Source: Fonticula alba ATCC 38817
Lineage: Eukaryota > Protista > Nucleariida
DNA: 64,000 nt
NCBI GenBank assembly: GCA_000388065.2
Contig: KB932206.1
Strand: one strand, 5' to 3'
Shown: in pieces, positions 12,550 to 25,200 of the stretch
Position numbering within the stretch: position 1 is the stretch's first letter
Layout of the letters: every line of letters begins with the position of its first letter
Translations under genes and position numbers: made by a program
Notes under the pieces: generated by a model
The model's database searches: none
What the model was told of the DNA's origin: nothing
What the model saw: only the letters and a program-made list of their open reading frames with translations

Positions 12550-15500
12550 GGGGGGGGGCGGTGTTTACACGTGCGCATGAGTCGGCTGCGACACCGGGGG
12601 ACGGGCGTCCCAATTCTTGTCCATCGGTAGTTTCAGGGCCTCTGTTGGCAGCTGTGCGCGCGTCCTGCGCCGCCCCCCTTGCCGTGGACGCGGGGGAGGG
12701 GGGGCGAGCACAGCAACCGGCGGAGAAGACCAACCTCGAGCCAAGGTTTTCTTGACATGCGAACTCGTGGCGTGTAGATCGGTGTGCCTGAGCATGCGCC
12801 TCGCCATACGCGCGGGGGCTGGTAGTATTTTCAGCTCCATTCCCGGGGGATGATCGGTCTCGGGGCCGGGCACCCCAATCCAAGGCCCAGGGGAATAGTT
12901 AAGCACGGGTGCCCGTGATATAACGGAACGCTGTTCTGGGTATTCAGTTTGACGAGTGCCGGCCCCGACCATCTTGCCGCTTCCATGGGGAGGGCAGAGG
13001 GAGACAGGCGCGGGTGGGGGGGTGATCCTAACATCGGAAAGTCCGGGGCAGGGCGGCGCACGCCACAAAGCCGCCGGACCGAGGCACAGCCGGGAGCGCC
13101 GGCACGCTGACCCGTGCCGGGGTGGCCTGAGAGCAGCGGGGTCTCGAGCTATGGACGGCCGCGGGGGGCGAGGGAGCCCTTGTCAGGACATCACGTAGGC
13201 GCAGGCATCCCCCCCCCCCCCACCAGGACGCGTCGGGCATCCCCACCGGGGCGCCGGGCGTTCGCCCGGCTGCGGACCAATCACCGCCGGGGCTTGGAAC
13301 GAACTCCCCCCCCCCCCCGGCAGCGCTTTGGCCCCTGTCGGGCTAGCGGAACGGGGTGGTGCTCCTGGCAAGGGCCTCCCCGGTCGAATAGCGCCGGCAG
13401 AGGGAGGGGGACATTTGGGGTGCAACCACCGGGCCACCGAATGGGTCGCGGGCCGCGCACCGCTCTGGGGGTAAACGAGCTGGCCCATAGGGAGGCACGC
13501 GCGCCGGGAGCAGGCCATTGGCGCAGAGGCCAAAATATGCGCCCCTCAGAGGAGGGGGCTGGCGGCCGAAAAGGGCGGGGCCTCGGAGCGGGCGGCAGGC
13601 GGGAGGGGGGGGGGGGGCACCAGTCGGCCCATGGCGAGCCCTCTCCCCGGGGATGGGACGTGTCGCAGCCGGCGAAGGGTGAAGCGGACGGGCTCGGCCG
13701 GCCCCCCCCCCCCCCGGCCCCGGACATGCGCGTCACGCGCCCTGGGGGATGGGGGAGGGGGTGCCGACCGGAGCGGGCACGGCACATTCCAGCGGACGGA
13801 TGTGGCAAGCGCCTGGCGAAGGGAGTCCTTGCGCCGGGGGGGGGGGGGGGCTGAGAACGAGGGTCGCCGGCCTGGGGCAGCTGGCTCGGGCGAGAGCATC
13901 CTGGTGCCGGGAGCCGGCTGCGCCCCTTGCCGTGAGGGGGGGCGGCACTGGCCCTCGCGGCAGGGACCTTGCGGGCGGCTGGCCCACGGGGGGAGGGGGG
14001 GGGGCGCCGTACGTGTGGCGTGCGGCGCCCGCGGAGGGGGCAGCCCGCGCGGGGTGCGGCCAGGAGGTTGCCATGACGCAGGCAATTTCCCGCGCCATGG
14101 AGGGCAATGAAGGGCATTGTGCTCGGTCCGCCTTGCGGCGCGGATGCGCGGCTCGGGCGCAGGAGCGCGCAGGAGGGCGGCGGCGGGGCGGCCGACGGGG
14201 CCGCCCGAGCGTATCATCTCCCTGGCGAGGAAACACACGGCGCCTTGGAGGGCTCCCTCCTTCCCGAAGAGACAATGGCCGAGGGGGGAGGGTCCTACCC
14301 GGGGGGGGCGGGGGGGCGGGGGGGCGGGGGGGGGAATGGTGTGCCACAGAGCAGGGGGAAAGTCCGGCCGCGCGGTGCACAGGGAAATAAGACAAATAAG
14401 GGTCGGCGTGCACGACGCGCAGGCGCACCGAAAGTCAATATTGCCGCGCCCCCGGGGAGCGCGCGCGCGGGGGGAGGGAACCCAGCTGCTGATCCGCCCG
14501 CATGCGTGTGCATGTGCGTGTGTGTGTGTGTGTGTGTGTGTACACACAGATGCAAACATCCATACACACATATGTAGGTGTGTGTGTGTGCGCTCACGGA
14601 TAAAACACGGAAACATGCATCCTCAGTATATTTGCATTAATAAATATTGGGCTGTGGCAACGCCCTGGTCGCTTTCTCGGGCCGCAGGCCGGGCCGGGGG
14701 CGCTTGTTTGTGCGCGCGCGCCCCCCTCCACCCCTTGGTGCACCCGGCGCATGGCACGGAGACATGGGTGTACTGTTGCGCCCGCGTACTACCAGGATGG
14801 GTGTGGGTGTTTTCAGCCGAATCGCCGAGTGGGCCCGGGGGAGGGCGGTTTTTGGCCCGTCTCCATGTGCTTTCCCGGCCCGGCCCGGCCCGGGCGTGCG
14901 CCGCATCGTGCGCCATGCGCGTGCGTGTAGCGCACGGCCGGGCCCTTCCGCGAAAGTCGGCCCCCCCCCCTCCCTCCGCCCCGCCCGCCCCCCGACCCTG
15001 GACATGATCCCTCGGACAAGGGTCAACTCTCTCTGTTGTCGCTGCCTTGTCAGGCGTGCAGGCAGCCCGGGGGGGCGCCTGGAGACCGCTTGCGCCTGCA
15101 ACAGGGGGCGGCCGGGCGGGGCTGGGGGGGGGGGGGCGCGACAGCCTGACAGCGCGGGCCAGGGCGTCTGGGGCCCGCCCTTGCTCCTCCTTCCGGGCCC
15201 GAGCCCGACTCCGGTGGCGGCCGGTGGCGGCGTGGTTCCCCCCCCGGCAGGCCAGGGCCCTTCTGGCGTTCCGGCAATTTGCCGGGTCCCCTTCTCTTAA
15301 CCTTTGGTGCTTCGGGCGCCGACGCTCCCCGGCCGGCGGCGGAGCCTGCCGCAGGCGCGGGAGCCCCTACGCGGGGGCCATCCCAGCGCCCAACTTCCCG
15401 CGGGAGCCCCCCCCCCCCCCCCCCGGCTCGCTCTCGCCGCGGTCGGAGGAAACATGCCTCGGGGGCCTCTTTCCCGCCCCCCTCCCTCGGGCGTAGATTA

Positions 15501-17205
15501 AGAGACTGCGGCCTTGTCCTGATGCCCGGGCTCTCCCGACCGTGTCTGGGCCGCGGTGCGTCGGGCCGCGCCCTCAGGGATTGCCCGTGCGCGTCTGTCT
15601 GCCCGCGGGGGGGGGGGCCTCTCCCTGGAAGAGGCGGCCCACCGGCCAATGAGACCACATTAGCGATGGCCGGGGACGGCGCACCGACACAGGTCTCCAT
15701 GTGAGGCGCCTCTGTGTCCTGTGTCGCGGCCCGGCCGGATGCCGGGCGCCCTCTTCTGCGCGGGCGGCAAGGGGTCTTTGTTGGGCGGTCCCCCTGGTGG
15801 CCCCGCCCCCGCCCCCCCCCCCCCGGGGCCGCGCGCACACAGGGGAACGGCAGCTCGTCCGCCAGGAGGACCCTTGCTGCCCCGCTCCTGGTCCCTGCAT
15901 GCTAGCCCGCGGCCCCGCCGTCCGGCGACTGGCGCCGCGGCGGTTGTGCCCACCGTTTCTGCCCGCCCTTGAGCTCCCCCGGGGCTGTGCTTCGGAGTGC
16001 CTCGCGAACAGCTCCCAAGGCGCCGCGACCCGTGCCTGTGCGTGCCGGAGGCCGGGGGGCGGAGGGGCTGCCGGAGGAATGGGCTGCCCAGTGCCCCTGT
16101 TCCCCCTGCTTGGGGACGGCGGGGGGGGGGGGGGGGGGCGGGGCGCAAGGCCGGANNNNNNNNNNNNNNNNNNNNNNNNNNNNNNNNNNNNNNNNNNNNN
16201 NNNNNNNNNNNNNNNNNNNNNNNNNNNNNNNNNNNNNNNNNNNNNNNNNNNNNNNNNNNNNNNNNNNNNNNNNNNNNNNNNNNNNNNNNNNNNNNNNNNN
16301 NNNNNNNNNNNNNNNNNNNNNNNNNNNNNNNNNNNNNNNNNNNNNNNNNNNNNNNNNNNNNNNNNNCCTGCTTGGGGACGGCGGGGGGGGGGGGGGGGGG
16401 GGGGGGGCCAAGCGGGGGGGGGGGCCCCCCCCCGGGGGGGCGGGGGCCCCCGGGCCTGGGGCCGGGGCGCGGGGGGCCCCCTCTCCCTCGCCCCCCCCTG
16501 CCGGCCGGCCGTTGTTATTGTTCTCCGTCCCGCCGTCGCCGCCGGCCGAGCCCCGGCATCTGCGCCCCGCACGACCCGCCCCTCGCCCGGGTGGCCGCCA
16601 CCCGGAGGCCGGGCTCAGGCCCGGGGAAGGGGACCGGGAGCCGACATATGTAGGACATGACTGGTAAACAGGCGAGGATGGAGGCTCACGGCTTGGGCGA
16701 CATGGCCCCGGAGGCCCGGTCCGTCCCTCCCCCCCACGCACACACACACACACACACAAGGACGTGGCCCGGGCAGGTGTGGAGAACGGGGCAGGAGCGG
16801 CGCAAGCTCCGGCGCCGGGGCGGGGTGTCACAGACAGCGGCCCGGCCCGCCCTTCCCCCTGGCAGCAGCAGAGGGAGGGGGCTCGGTGCTTGTGCGCAAG
16901 CACGCGCGCGCCCTCCCACACACACACACACAGGGGCAAGCAGGGGAGGGGGGATGCCGGGCATTCCTCGGCCGCCCCAGGGCCCCCGGCCTTCGGCACC
17001 CGGCCACCCCGCCTCCCGGCCTCCCTCCCGCTGGATGTCCCACACCCCATCCCCGTGCCGGGTCGTGCCTGCTGGACGAGGCCACTGCCGCCAGGCGTCC
17101 GCCCTCGCCTGCCCCCTTGAAGAGACCCCCCCTTGGGAGCGGTACACCCCTGGCCGGAGTTCATACTTCGGTCTTTTTCCCCCTCCCCCCTGTGTTGTTT
17201 CCTGC

Positions 17206-17967
17206 NNNNNNNNNNNNNNNNNNNNNNNNNNNNNNNNNNNNNNNNNNNNNNNNNNNNNNNNNNNNNNNNNNNNNNNNNNNNNNNNNNNNNNNNNNNNNNN
17301 NNNNNNNNNNNNNNNNNNNNNNNNNNNNNNNNNNNNNNNNNNNNNNNNNNNNNNNNNNNNNNNNNNNNNNNNNNNNNNNNNNNNNNNNNNNNNNNNNNNN
17401 NNNNNNNNNNNNNNNNNNNNNNNNNNNNNNNNNNNNNNNNNNNNNNNNNNNNNNNNNNNNNNNNNNNNNNNNNNNNNNNNNNNNNNNNNNNNNNNNNNNN
17501 NNNNNNNNNNNNNNNNNNNNNNNNNNNNNNNNNNNNNNNNNNNNNNNNNNNNNNNNNNNNNNNNNNNNNNNNNNNNNNNNNNNNNNNNNNNNNNNNNNNN
17601 NNNNNNNNNNNNNNNNNNNNNNNNNNNNNNNNNNNNNNNNNNNNNNNNNNNNNNNNNNNNNNNNNNNNNNNNNNNNNNNNNNNNNNNNNNNNNNNNNNNN
17701 NNNNNNNNNNNNNNNNNNNNNNNNNNNNNNNNNNNNNNNNNNNNNNNNNNNNNNNNNNNNNNNNNNNNNNNNNNNNNNNNNNNNNNNNNNNNNNNNNNNN
17801 NNNNNNNNNNNNNNNNNNNNNNNNNNNNNNNNNNNNNNNNNNNNNNNNNNNNNNNNNNNNNNNNNNNNNNNNNNNNNNNNNNNNNNNNNNNNNNNNNNNN
17901 NNNNNNNNNNNNNNNNNNNNNNNNNNNNNNNNNNNNNNNNNNNNNNNNNNNNNNNNNNNNNNNNNNN
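17206..17967. other. Assembly gap upstream of the DD3-3-like gene
   Basis: N-run. Other gaps: 1693-1702, 2832-2841, 6642-6651, 7375-7386, 16156-16366, 32214-32341, 45284-45603, 50159-50568, 55756-55815, 61208-61283. Confidence 0.95.
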
Positions 17968-18040
17968 CTCTTCCCTTTTCCCCCCACCCCAACCCGCAGT
18001 CCCCCCCCCTCTCCCCCCCTCCCCCAAACACCGGAGCACC

Positions 18041-20179
18041 ATGGCCCGCCCGAGTCGCCTCGCGCTGGTCGCCCTCCTGGTGGCGGCCCTCCTGGGCACC
18101 GTCCTGGCCGACACCTACATGATGTTCCCGCCCGGCTCCAACAACCGGTGCGATGAGCGCAGCAACAACCGCAACAATGCCAACCGCCTGTTCGACTCGC
18201 AGAACAACGCCGCCGGTGGCTACCAGGTCTGCGACCGCGAGTACCGCTTCTACGAGGACACCGAGATCAACATCGAGTGGACCACGCAGCACGGTTGCGG
18301 CAACGGCGCCAGCAACAAGGCCGACAACTCGGTCCCCGAGTCGGTCGGCTGCCAGCAGACCATCCAGATCGGCTGCGAGGACACCTTCCGCAAGTATGCC
18401 GGCCCGCAGGCCGACTCCTACCGGCTGACCGACGGCATCTCCCTGGGCCGTGGCTGCGCCGACCGGCCGAGCGAATGCCCGGACGGCAACATGGACAATG
18501 CCTACAAGATCTTCGGCAACTCCTGCACCCAGACCCACCCGACCACCGGGCTGACCGAGGTGGCCTACCGGTCGCGCGGCCAGAACATCGACCAGGGCAA
18601 CCACTGCCCCAACGGCTTCTCCAACAGCGAGGAGTGCAACAACCTGGACCTGTCCAACTCCATGGGCACCTTCAACAGCAACACCTGCCGCTGCTCCACC
18701 CGCAAGCAGAAGACCTTCGGTGTTCACGAGCCGGAGATGGTCTATGCCAAGTGCATTTGCCGCGACCGCAACCTCGGCCTCTTCGTGGCCGACCGTGGTT
18801 CGTCCAATGTGCTGGGCGCCACTCGCACTCGCGAGAACCCCGGTGGTGCTCGCTATGGCTTCCAGTGCGCCGAGGAGGCCAACTACGCTCCCTACTGGCA
18901 CTGCACCCCCTGGATGGATGTGGCCTACGTCGTGTCCGACACCAGCCGGTGCGACTTCTACCGCAGCGAGTCCCAGAATGTCAAGGACAAGTGCGAGTGC
19001 GTTCCCAAGGCCGGCGACGATGCCACCCTGGAGCAGATTTGCGAGGCCCAGCGCTACAACACCGCCGTCGATTGCACCACCAACGACCACAAGTGGAAGT
19101 GCGACTGCAAGTGGAACATCCCGGCCCCGGATTGCATCCAGGCCCCCTGGCAGCCGGACAACCGCCTCGGCAACACCCTGGCCACCAGCCGCAGTGCCGA
19201 GGAGCTTTCCCACACCTTCTCCCACTACAAGTGGCACATTCCCCGGAACTTCGTGCCCAAGGGCATGGATGAGCGCCGCTGTGTTCTGCGCATTCGTTAC
19301 AACATCACCAATGCCGAGGTCCCGCACGACTTCGACTACACCAACAACGACCAGATCAAGAACAACCCGGTGTACGTGTTCGGCACCCCGGGCAGCTCCA
19401 CCCCCACCGAGGCCATGCCCCTGCGTCTGGCCATCAACACCGCGCAGTTTGGCCGCACCTTCGAGGACCGGTCGTATGTCTTTGTGGTGGCCAAGCGCCC
19501 CTCCAACCTGAAGGGCGCCCGCATCCACAACATCAATGTTCGCGGCAAGCGCGGCAACATTGCCCAGGTCCGCAACTGCGTCGAGTACAACTTCACCCCG
19601 GATCACAAGCATGTGAATGTCGGCGATTACATCCACTTCCAGTGGTGCCTCACCGAGTATGACGACCCGAACAACGCCGGTAATGGTCTTGCCGGTACCG
19701 GTCGTGCCAATGTCGTCCCCATCCACAACTACGCCTCCAACATCTTCCAGAACCAGGCCGAGGAGGAGCGCTGCCGCATGTTCACCGAGGAGGACGAGCG
19801 CCGCCTGGCTTGGCTCGATCAGACCGAGTGCCTCTCCGTGGAGGCCATGCTCCAGGGCTCGAATGACAACAACAACATCCGCGCCTGCCAGTTCCTGAAC
19901 GGTGTCCGCGACCCGGAGACCAAGATGCCCACCGCCTACTTCTCCCACGTGGCCAAGGTCCAGAAGGCTTGCTCCTACAAGTACATCTCCACCCGGAACA
20001 ATGACTTCTCCAACCGCGCCCAGAAGGGTGTCATCAACGCCACCCCGGCTGGTGCCACCCTCGGCATGGCCATCGGTATTTCCATCGGTGCCATTGTCGT
20101 CGTCGGTGCCATCGTCGCCGTTGGTGTTCTTGTCTACACCGGCAAGATGACCATCGGCAACTTCGGCAAGAAGGTCTAA
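18041..20179 (+). CDS. DD3-3-like Cys/Asn-rich type I membrane protein (712 aa, intronless)
   Basis: Signal peptide, then PPGSNNRCDERSNNRNNANRLFDSQNNAAGGY, which I recognise as the DD3-3 family N-terminal motif. Also RLAINTAQFGRTFEDRS, NVRGKRGNIAQVRNCVEY and a C-terminal TM helix. Strong C-ending codon bias. Confidence 0.85.
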   Translation: MARPSRLALVALLVAALLGTVLADTYMMFPPGSNNRCDERSNNRNNANRLFDSQNNAAGGYQVCDREYRFYEDTEINIEWTTQHGCGNGASNKADNSVPESVGCQQTIQIGCEDTFRKYAGPQADSYRLTDGISLGRGCADRPSECPDGNMDNAYKIFGNSCTQTHPTTGLTEVAYRSRGQNIDQGNHCPNGFSNSEECNNLDLSNSMGTFNSNTCRCSTRKQKTFGVHEPEMVYAKCICRDRNLGLFVADRGSSNVLGATRTRENPGGARYGFQCAEEANYAPYWHCTPWMDVAYVVSDTSRCDFYRSESQNVKDKCECVPKAGDDATLEQICEAQRYNTAVDCTTNDHKWKCDCKWNIPAPDCIQAPWQPDNRLGNTLATSRSAEELSHTFSHYKWHIPRNFVPKGMDERRCVLRIRYNITNAEVPHDFDYTNNDQIKNNPVYVFGTPGSSTPTEAMPLRLAINTAQFGRTFEDRSYVFVVAKRPSNLKGARIHNINVRGKRGNIAQVRNCVEYNFTPDHKHVNVGDYIHFQWCLTEYDDPNNAGNGLAGTGRANVVPIHNYASNIFQNQAEEERCRMFTEEDERRLAWLDQTECLSVEAMLQGSNDNNNIRACQFLNGVRDPETKMPTAYFSHVAKVQKACSYKYISTRNNDFSNRAQKGVINATPAGATLGMAIGISIGAIVVVGAIVAVGVLVYTGKMTIGNFGKKV

Positions 20180-21797
20180 GCGTGCCGCCGCTGTGCATGG
20201 CAATCGCAGTTCCGCGAGCGGCGGCGCGGAGAGAAAGGGCCCCCGACAGAGGGCCGGGCCGGGGCGGGGTTGAGCGGCGGCGCGCGAGGAGCAGAGACCG
20301 TAGAGGGGGGCCCATCACTGGGGGGTGGGGGAAAGACTCCCCGCTTCTGCGGGACTTTCCTCCCCTCTGCCCTGTCTTGCGCTCTCTCTCTCTCTCTCTG
20401 TCCCTTCCCCTCCTCCCTCTCCCCCTCCCCCTCCCCCTCCCTCCCCCTTTCCCTCTCCCTTCCTCCGCTGGTGGCGGTGATGTGTGTGTGTGTGTCAGCC
20501 CCAGCTACTGCAAGCCGCCGGTCGGCCCTCAGCTTGTGCGCGCGCGTGCCTCCCTCCCCTGTTCCCCCCCCCCTCTCCCGCCTCTTCTGGCATGTGCTGG
20601 CGGTCCTCCCTCCCCCTGCGTGCATCGCATCCTCCCCGTCTCTCCCTCTGTGCGCCTTCCTTTTGTGCATGGCGCACGGGAGCACGCGTGCAGGAAAAAG
20701 GCATCCTCTCTCCCTCTCTTTTCCTCTCTGTCTCTCTCCCCCATTCCAACTATCACACCCTGGCATCATCCAGCCCCCCCCCCCCGTTCGAGGCAACTGC
20801 TCCTCGCGCTTTCCTCTTTCTCTCGTGTGTCTGCGCTTGCTTGTGGCTCGTCTTTTTCCTCCTCGGCCCCCCCCCCTTTTGCCCCCTCCTCGCCCTTCCT
20901 TCCTTCCTCTCCCTCTTCCCCCTATTTCCCTGCGCGGGTGTCTTTCACCACACGTACGCGCCCAGCTCGCGTGCTGTCGGGATTATCGGGGTGGAGTGTG
21001 AGGGGGAGTGTTGTTGTGGCGGGGCCAGAGGGACAAAGAGAGGGGGGAGGCCCAGAGGCCGGCAAAAGGCGCTGCCATGCAGTGCAGAGCACTCATGTGG
21101 ACCCAGGAGGGCCTGAGGCGTGCGCGCGCGATGCGTATGTTGTTCTCGGCCTGGCGGTTGGCAGCGTGCTGTGCTTGTTGCTTCTCGCGTGTGGTTGTAT
21201 GTCGCCCCCCCCCCCTCTCGACGAGGGTCGGCGTCATGTGTCCTCACGCGGGGAGGGCGAGAGCGGATGGACGAAGGAGGCATGCCTTTGTCTGTTGATG
21301 TGCGCGAGGGGGACGGTACGCGCCCGTTCCCCCCCCCCCCCCCCTCCGGTGTTTATGCTCTCCCTCCCCTGCCGCGTCGCTCATGCGTGTGCTTCGGGAG
21401 TGCCGAGGGCCGTTGCCCCCCCCTCCCCTGGAGACCACTACCTTTTGTTGGCGTGTGGTCTCCTCCCGGGATGCTGTGTGCCCCCCACTCCCGAAGCGCG
21501 CCCTTTCCCCCCCTTCTCCGGCCACGCGCGCCCCGCAATATACACTGTCGAGTCCCCCGAAGATCTTCCCCCCTTCTTTTCGGCTGTCCCTCTTTTTTTT
21601 TGTCCATCGCCGTCGGGCGGGGGAGCTTTCTTTCGCCCTCGCGCCGTCGCCGCTGGCTGCCGATCATTCATTCTGAAGGGGTCCAGAACGATGGGCGGAC
21701 GCGTGGGAGGGCTGGGCGCGGCGCACCCCCTGCGGGTTGCCCATGTATCGCGCGCGCGCGCGCGCGCGTGCGCCACAACCCCCACACGATTCGCCCC

Positions 21798-21799
<2 letters not shown>

Positions 21800-21837
<38 letters not shown>

Positions 21838-21849
21838 CTGTGTGTGTGT
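21800..21849. repeat. (TG)n microsatellite
   Basis: Visible dinucleotide repeat in the intergenic region. Confidence 0.9.
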
Positions 21850-22136
21850 CTGTAAAGTGCGTGTGTATGTGGGGACCCGGACGTTTGCCCTGGCAGGCCA
21901 TCCACCTGGGCGATCTGCCCTGCATCGCCGGTCCCCCTGCCCCTGGGGATGAGCTGCAGGTTCGCAGGCCCCCCCCCCCCCCCCATGAGACCCCCTAGTG
22001 CCATAACCATGTCCCAGGGGAAGCCACCCACTCCACTCCTCTCGTCCCTGTCGCCGTTTCACATCCATCCTGGCCTCCTCGCTTGCCCACTTCTCGCGCC
22101 CGCCCCCTCATTCTCGCCCCATCTCCAGCCGCAATC

Positions 22137-25100
22137 ATGTCCAGTGACAGTGCTGGCAATGATGTGACCACCGCCGCCGGCTGTGTGTCGCCACCGGTCA
22201 TGTCGGACACCGAGCCCAAGTCTGCCCCTGCGGCCGAGTCCGACTCCAGCGCCAACCTCGAGCCCGGCGCCCCGGCCGCTGCCGCCGACCCATCGGCCGC
22301 GGCCGCCGCCGCCGCCTCCGCCGCCACCGAGGCCACCGAGGCCATGTCTGCGGAGGAGATCGAGCAGGCGACGGCCCTGTTGAGCCGGATTGACGCTCTT
22401 GGCGAGGAGGTATGGAAGGGGAAGCCCTTCCGGAAGTTCCGCGTGGCGCTGATGCCCTTCGTCCAGAGCATCGTCGAGTCCTCCGACGGGCGCATCGACT
22501 CGAAGCGCCGCCGCGAGTGGTATGTGGAGAAGCGCGACAAGCTCGCCCGTCGGCAGCGCTTCGCCGGTGCGTCATCCCATCACAGTGGTCTCGCTGGCGG
22601 CTTGGCCTCCCTCATTCCGCGCCCCGTCGGCGTTTGATGGCTAACCCTGATAATTTGCCACAGCCGCCGACCGTCACTCCATCGAGTCGCGCAAGCTCTG
22701 GTCCACGCGCATGAACAACATGGCCACCATCCATGCGAACATCCAAAATGCCCTTCCCGGGGCCGAGGCCGTCCCTCTGTTCCCCGATGGCGTGGGTGGT
22801 GCGTGTGCGAGGAGCTGTTCCCCGCTATCCGGAGAGCCATGCCACTCCCCCTCCTCTCTTTCTCTCCCTCCCTCCCTCTCTCCCTCCCTCCCTCTCTCCC
22901 TCCCTCCCTCTCTCCCTCCCTCCCTCTTCGTGTCTCTCTTCACATCGAGCTGACCATGACTCGACTTCCGCGGCTTTCCTCACGGAATGCCCCCTGCCCT
23001 CGCCTATCCAGAGAACATGCTGATCGGTGATCACCGGCTTCTGGACGCCCCGAAGGTGGACACTGCCAAGGTGGCTGACGTGGCTTCGGATGCCGAGCCC
23101 ATGTCCGATGGCGAGGCCACTGCTGACACCGGGTCTGCCGCCGCCGGCGATGCCCGGCCCGAGCCGGCCTCCATGAGCAACCCGCGCTTCACGCCGCAGG
23201 GGCCGCAGCCGGCCTCGGTCCTGCGGGACATGGTCACCCCGCCGGCTCCGAGCATCGCCGGTGGCCGGGCCGAGCCCCAGGTCGCCGACGCCGAGGAGGC
23301 CGGCGAGCCGGACGGCGCCAACCCTTCGCTCAACCGGCCCATCGGCTGCTACATTTGCCGGGCGCGCTTCCGCCATCTCCACCACTTCTACCACGCCCTG
23401 TGTCCCTCGTGTGCCAAGCTCAACTACGAGAAGCGCCACCAGAGCGCCGACCTGACGGATTACATTGCCCTGGTGACCGGGTCGCGTGTCAAGATCGGCT
23501 ACCAGGTGCGCCTGCCGGCCCCCTCCTCCCTCGCATTCCGGCGATGCCCTCCCCGGCGCATGCGTGCCGCCCTTGCTGCTCGTGCCTTTCTTGCTTGCCT
23601 CCCTCTCTGACCCTCTTCATGTGGCTGCCTCGCCGGTCTCCATGCCGGCATCCTCCGTTCCCTTCCTTCCCGGGCTCCACCGCTGCTGTCGGGCCTCGCA
23701 GACCGCGCTCAAGCTTCTGCGCTGCGGCGCCACGGTCTATGCGACCACGCGTTTCCCGGCCGACTCGCTGTCCCGCTATGCACGCGAGGTGCGCGCCCCT
23801 GCGCATGGGCATCCGGCGCCTCCCGTGACCTCCCTTTCGCCCGGTCTCACCTAGGCCCCGTCCTCTGACAACCCCCCCCCCCCCCCCGCCCCCCAGCCGG
23901 ACTATGCCAAGTGGAAGGACCGCCTGCATGTGATCGGCATCGATTTGCGCGATGTGGTGGCCATCGAGCAGCTGTGCACCTTCCTCAACGGCACCCTGCC
24001 GCACTTGGACATCATCATCAACAATGCCTGCCAGACCATCCGCCGGCCGGCATACTACTATCACCACTTGATGGAGCGCGAGACGCAGCTGCTGGGCATG
24101 CTGGACGACCCGGCCAAGGAGGCCATTCGGTGGTCGGCGCATGCCAATCGCGGGCCGGCCAAATCCCTCCCGGCCGCCGACCCTGCGTCGGCCGTGGTCG
24201 AAGAGCTGGAGGCCGACGGATCGTCGACCGGCGGGCCCCCGGCCCCGGGCCCGGCGCTGGATCTGGCCAACGGCGATGTCAACATCATGTCGCTGGCCGG
24301 CAATATGATGGCCATGGCTGGGAGCTTCTCCGAGGCGCTGGCCGACGCGCCGGGCGATGCCACCGCCGCGGCAAGCAGCGTGGTCCTGTCTGCCGCCACC
24401 TCGACCCGGTACTCGTCGGCGCACCTGTCGCAGCTGCCCCTGCTGCCGGAGGACGACGAGCGTCGGGACTGCGTCTTCCCGGCCGGCGCGCTGGACATCA
24501 ATGCTCAGCAGGTGGACCTGCGCAAGACCAACAGCTGGATGATGAAGCTGGCCGAGGTGTCAACCCCGGAGCTGATCGAGGTGTTCACGGTGAACTCGGT
24601 GGCGCCGTTTGTGCTGAATGGCCGCCTGCGGCCGTTGTTGGAGCGCTCGCCCCGTGCGGCGCGGTACATCGTCAACGTCAGCGCCATGGAGGGTGCGTAG
24701 TTGTCGCCATGGTCCCTCGGCCGGCCCTCGCCCGCGCTGTCGGCTTCCCAGTGGGTTCTTCCCTTTCCGGGTCCTTCTTCTGCGTGTCTGACATTCCGCC
24801 GCGCCCCTCCTCTCCCCTGCCTCCACTCCGATTCCTCTCCCGCGTCCGCCGGGGGGGGGGGGGATTACCTGGCGCAACCGCGCGAGCAGGCAAGTTCTAC
24901 CGCTTCAAGAGCCCCAACCACCCGCACACCAACATGGCCAAGGCCGCGCTGAACATGATGACCCGCACCAGCTCCCAGGATTATGCCGAGAGCTCGATCT
25001 ACATGAACTCCGTGGACACCGGCTGGATCAATGACGAGAAGCCGCTGGAGCTTGCGGCACGCCACGCGGAGTACTTCCAGACGCCGATCGACGAGGTCGA

Positions 25101-25200
25101 CGCCATGGCGCGCATCCTGGACCCGGTGTTCGACGGGGTCTCCCGGGGGAAGCTCTATCATGGCCTCTTCATGAAGGATTACTTCCCGACCGAGTGGTGA
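22137..25200 (+). CDS. Atypical short-chain dehydrogenase/reductase with N-terminal CxxC...CxxC Zn finger (about 750 aa, 6 exons)
   Basis: Exons 22137-22566, 22664-22798, 23012-23505, 23702-23788, 23897-24692 and 24890-25200 splice in frame. Motifs CYIC..CPSC, ALVTGSRVKIG, IIINNA, IVNVSAMEG, HPHTNMAKAALNM, VDTGW. Confidence 0.85.

Noticed and set aside
12565-13068. ORF as the missing GDPD N-terminus (CBM20 or ankyrin)
   Set aside because: No recognisable domain motif and it cannot be linked across the gap, so it is left unannotated.
15902-20203. 1433-aa minus-strand ORF
   Set aside because: Antisense shadow of the GC3-rich DD3-3 CDS, extended through N-gaps; no independent motifs.
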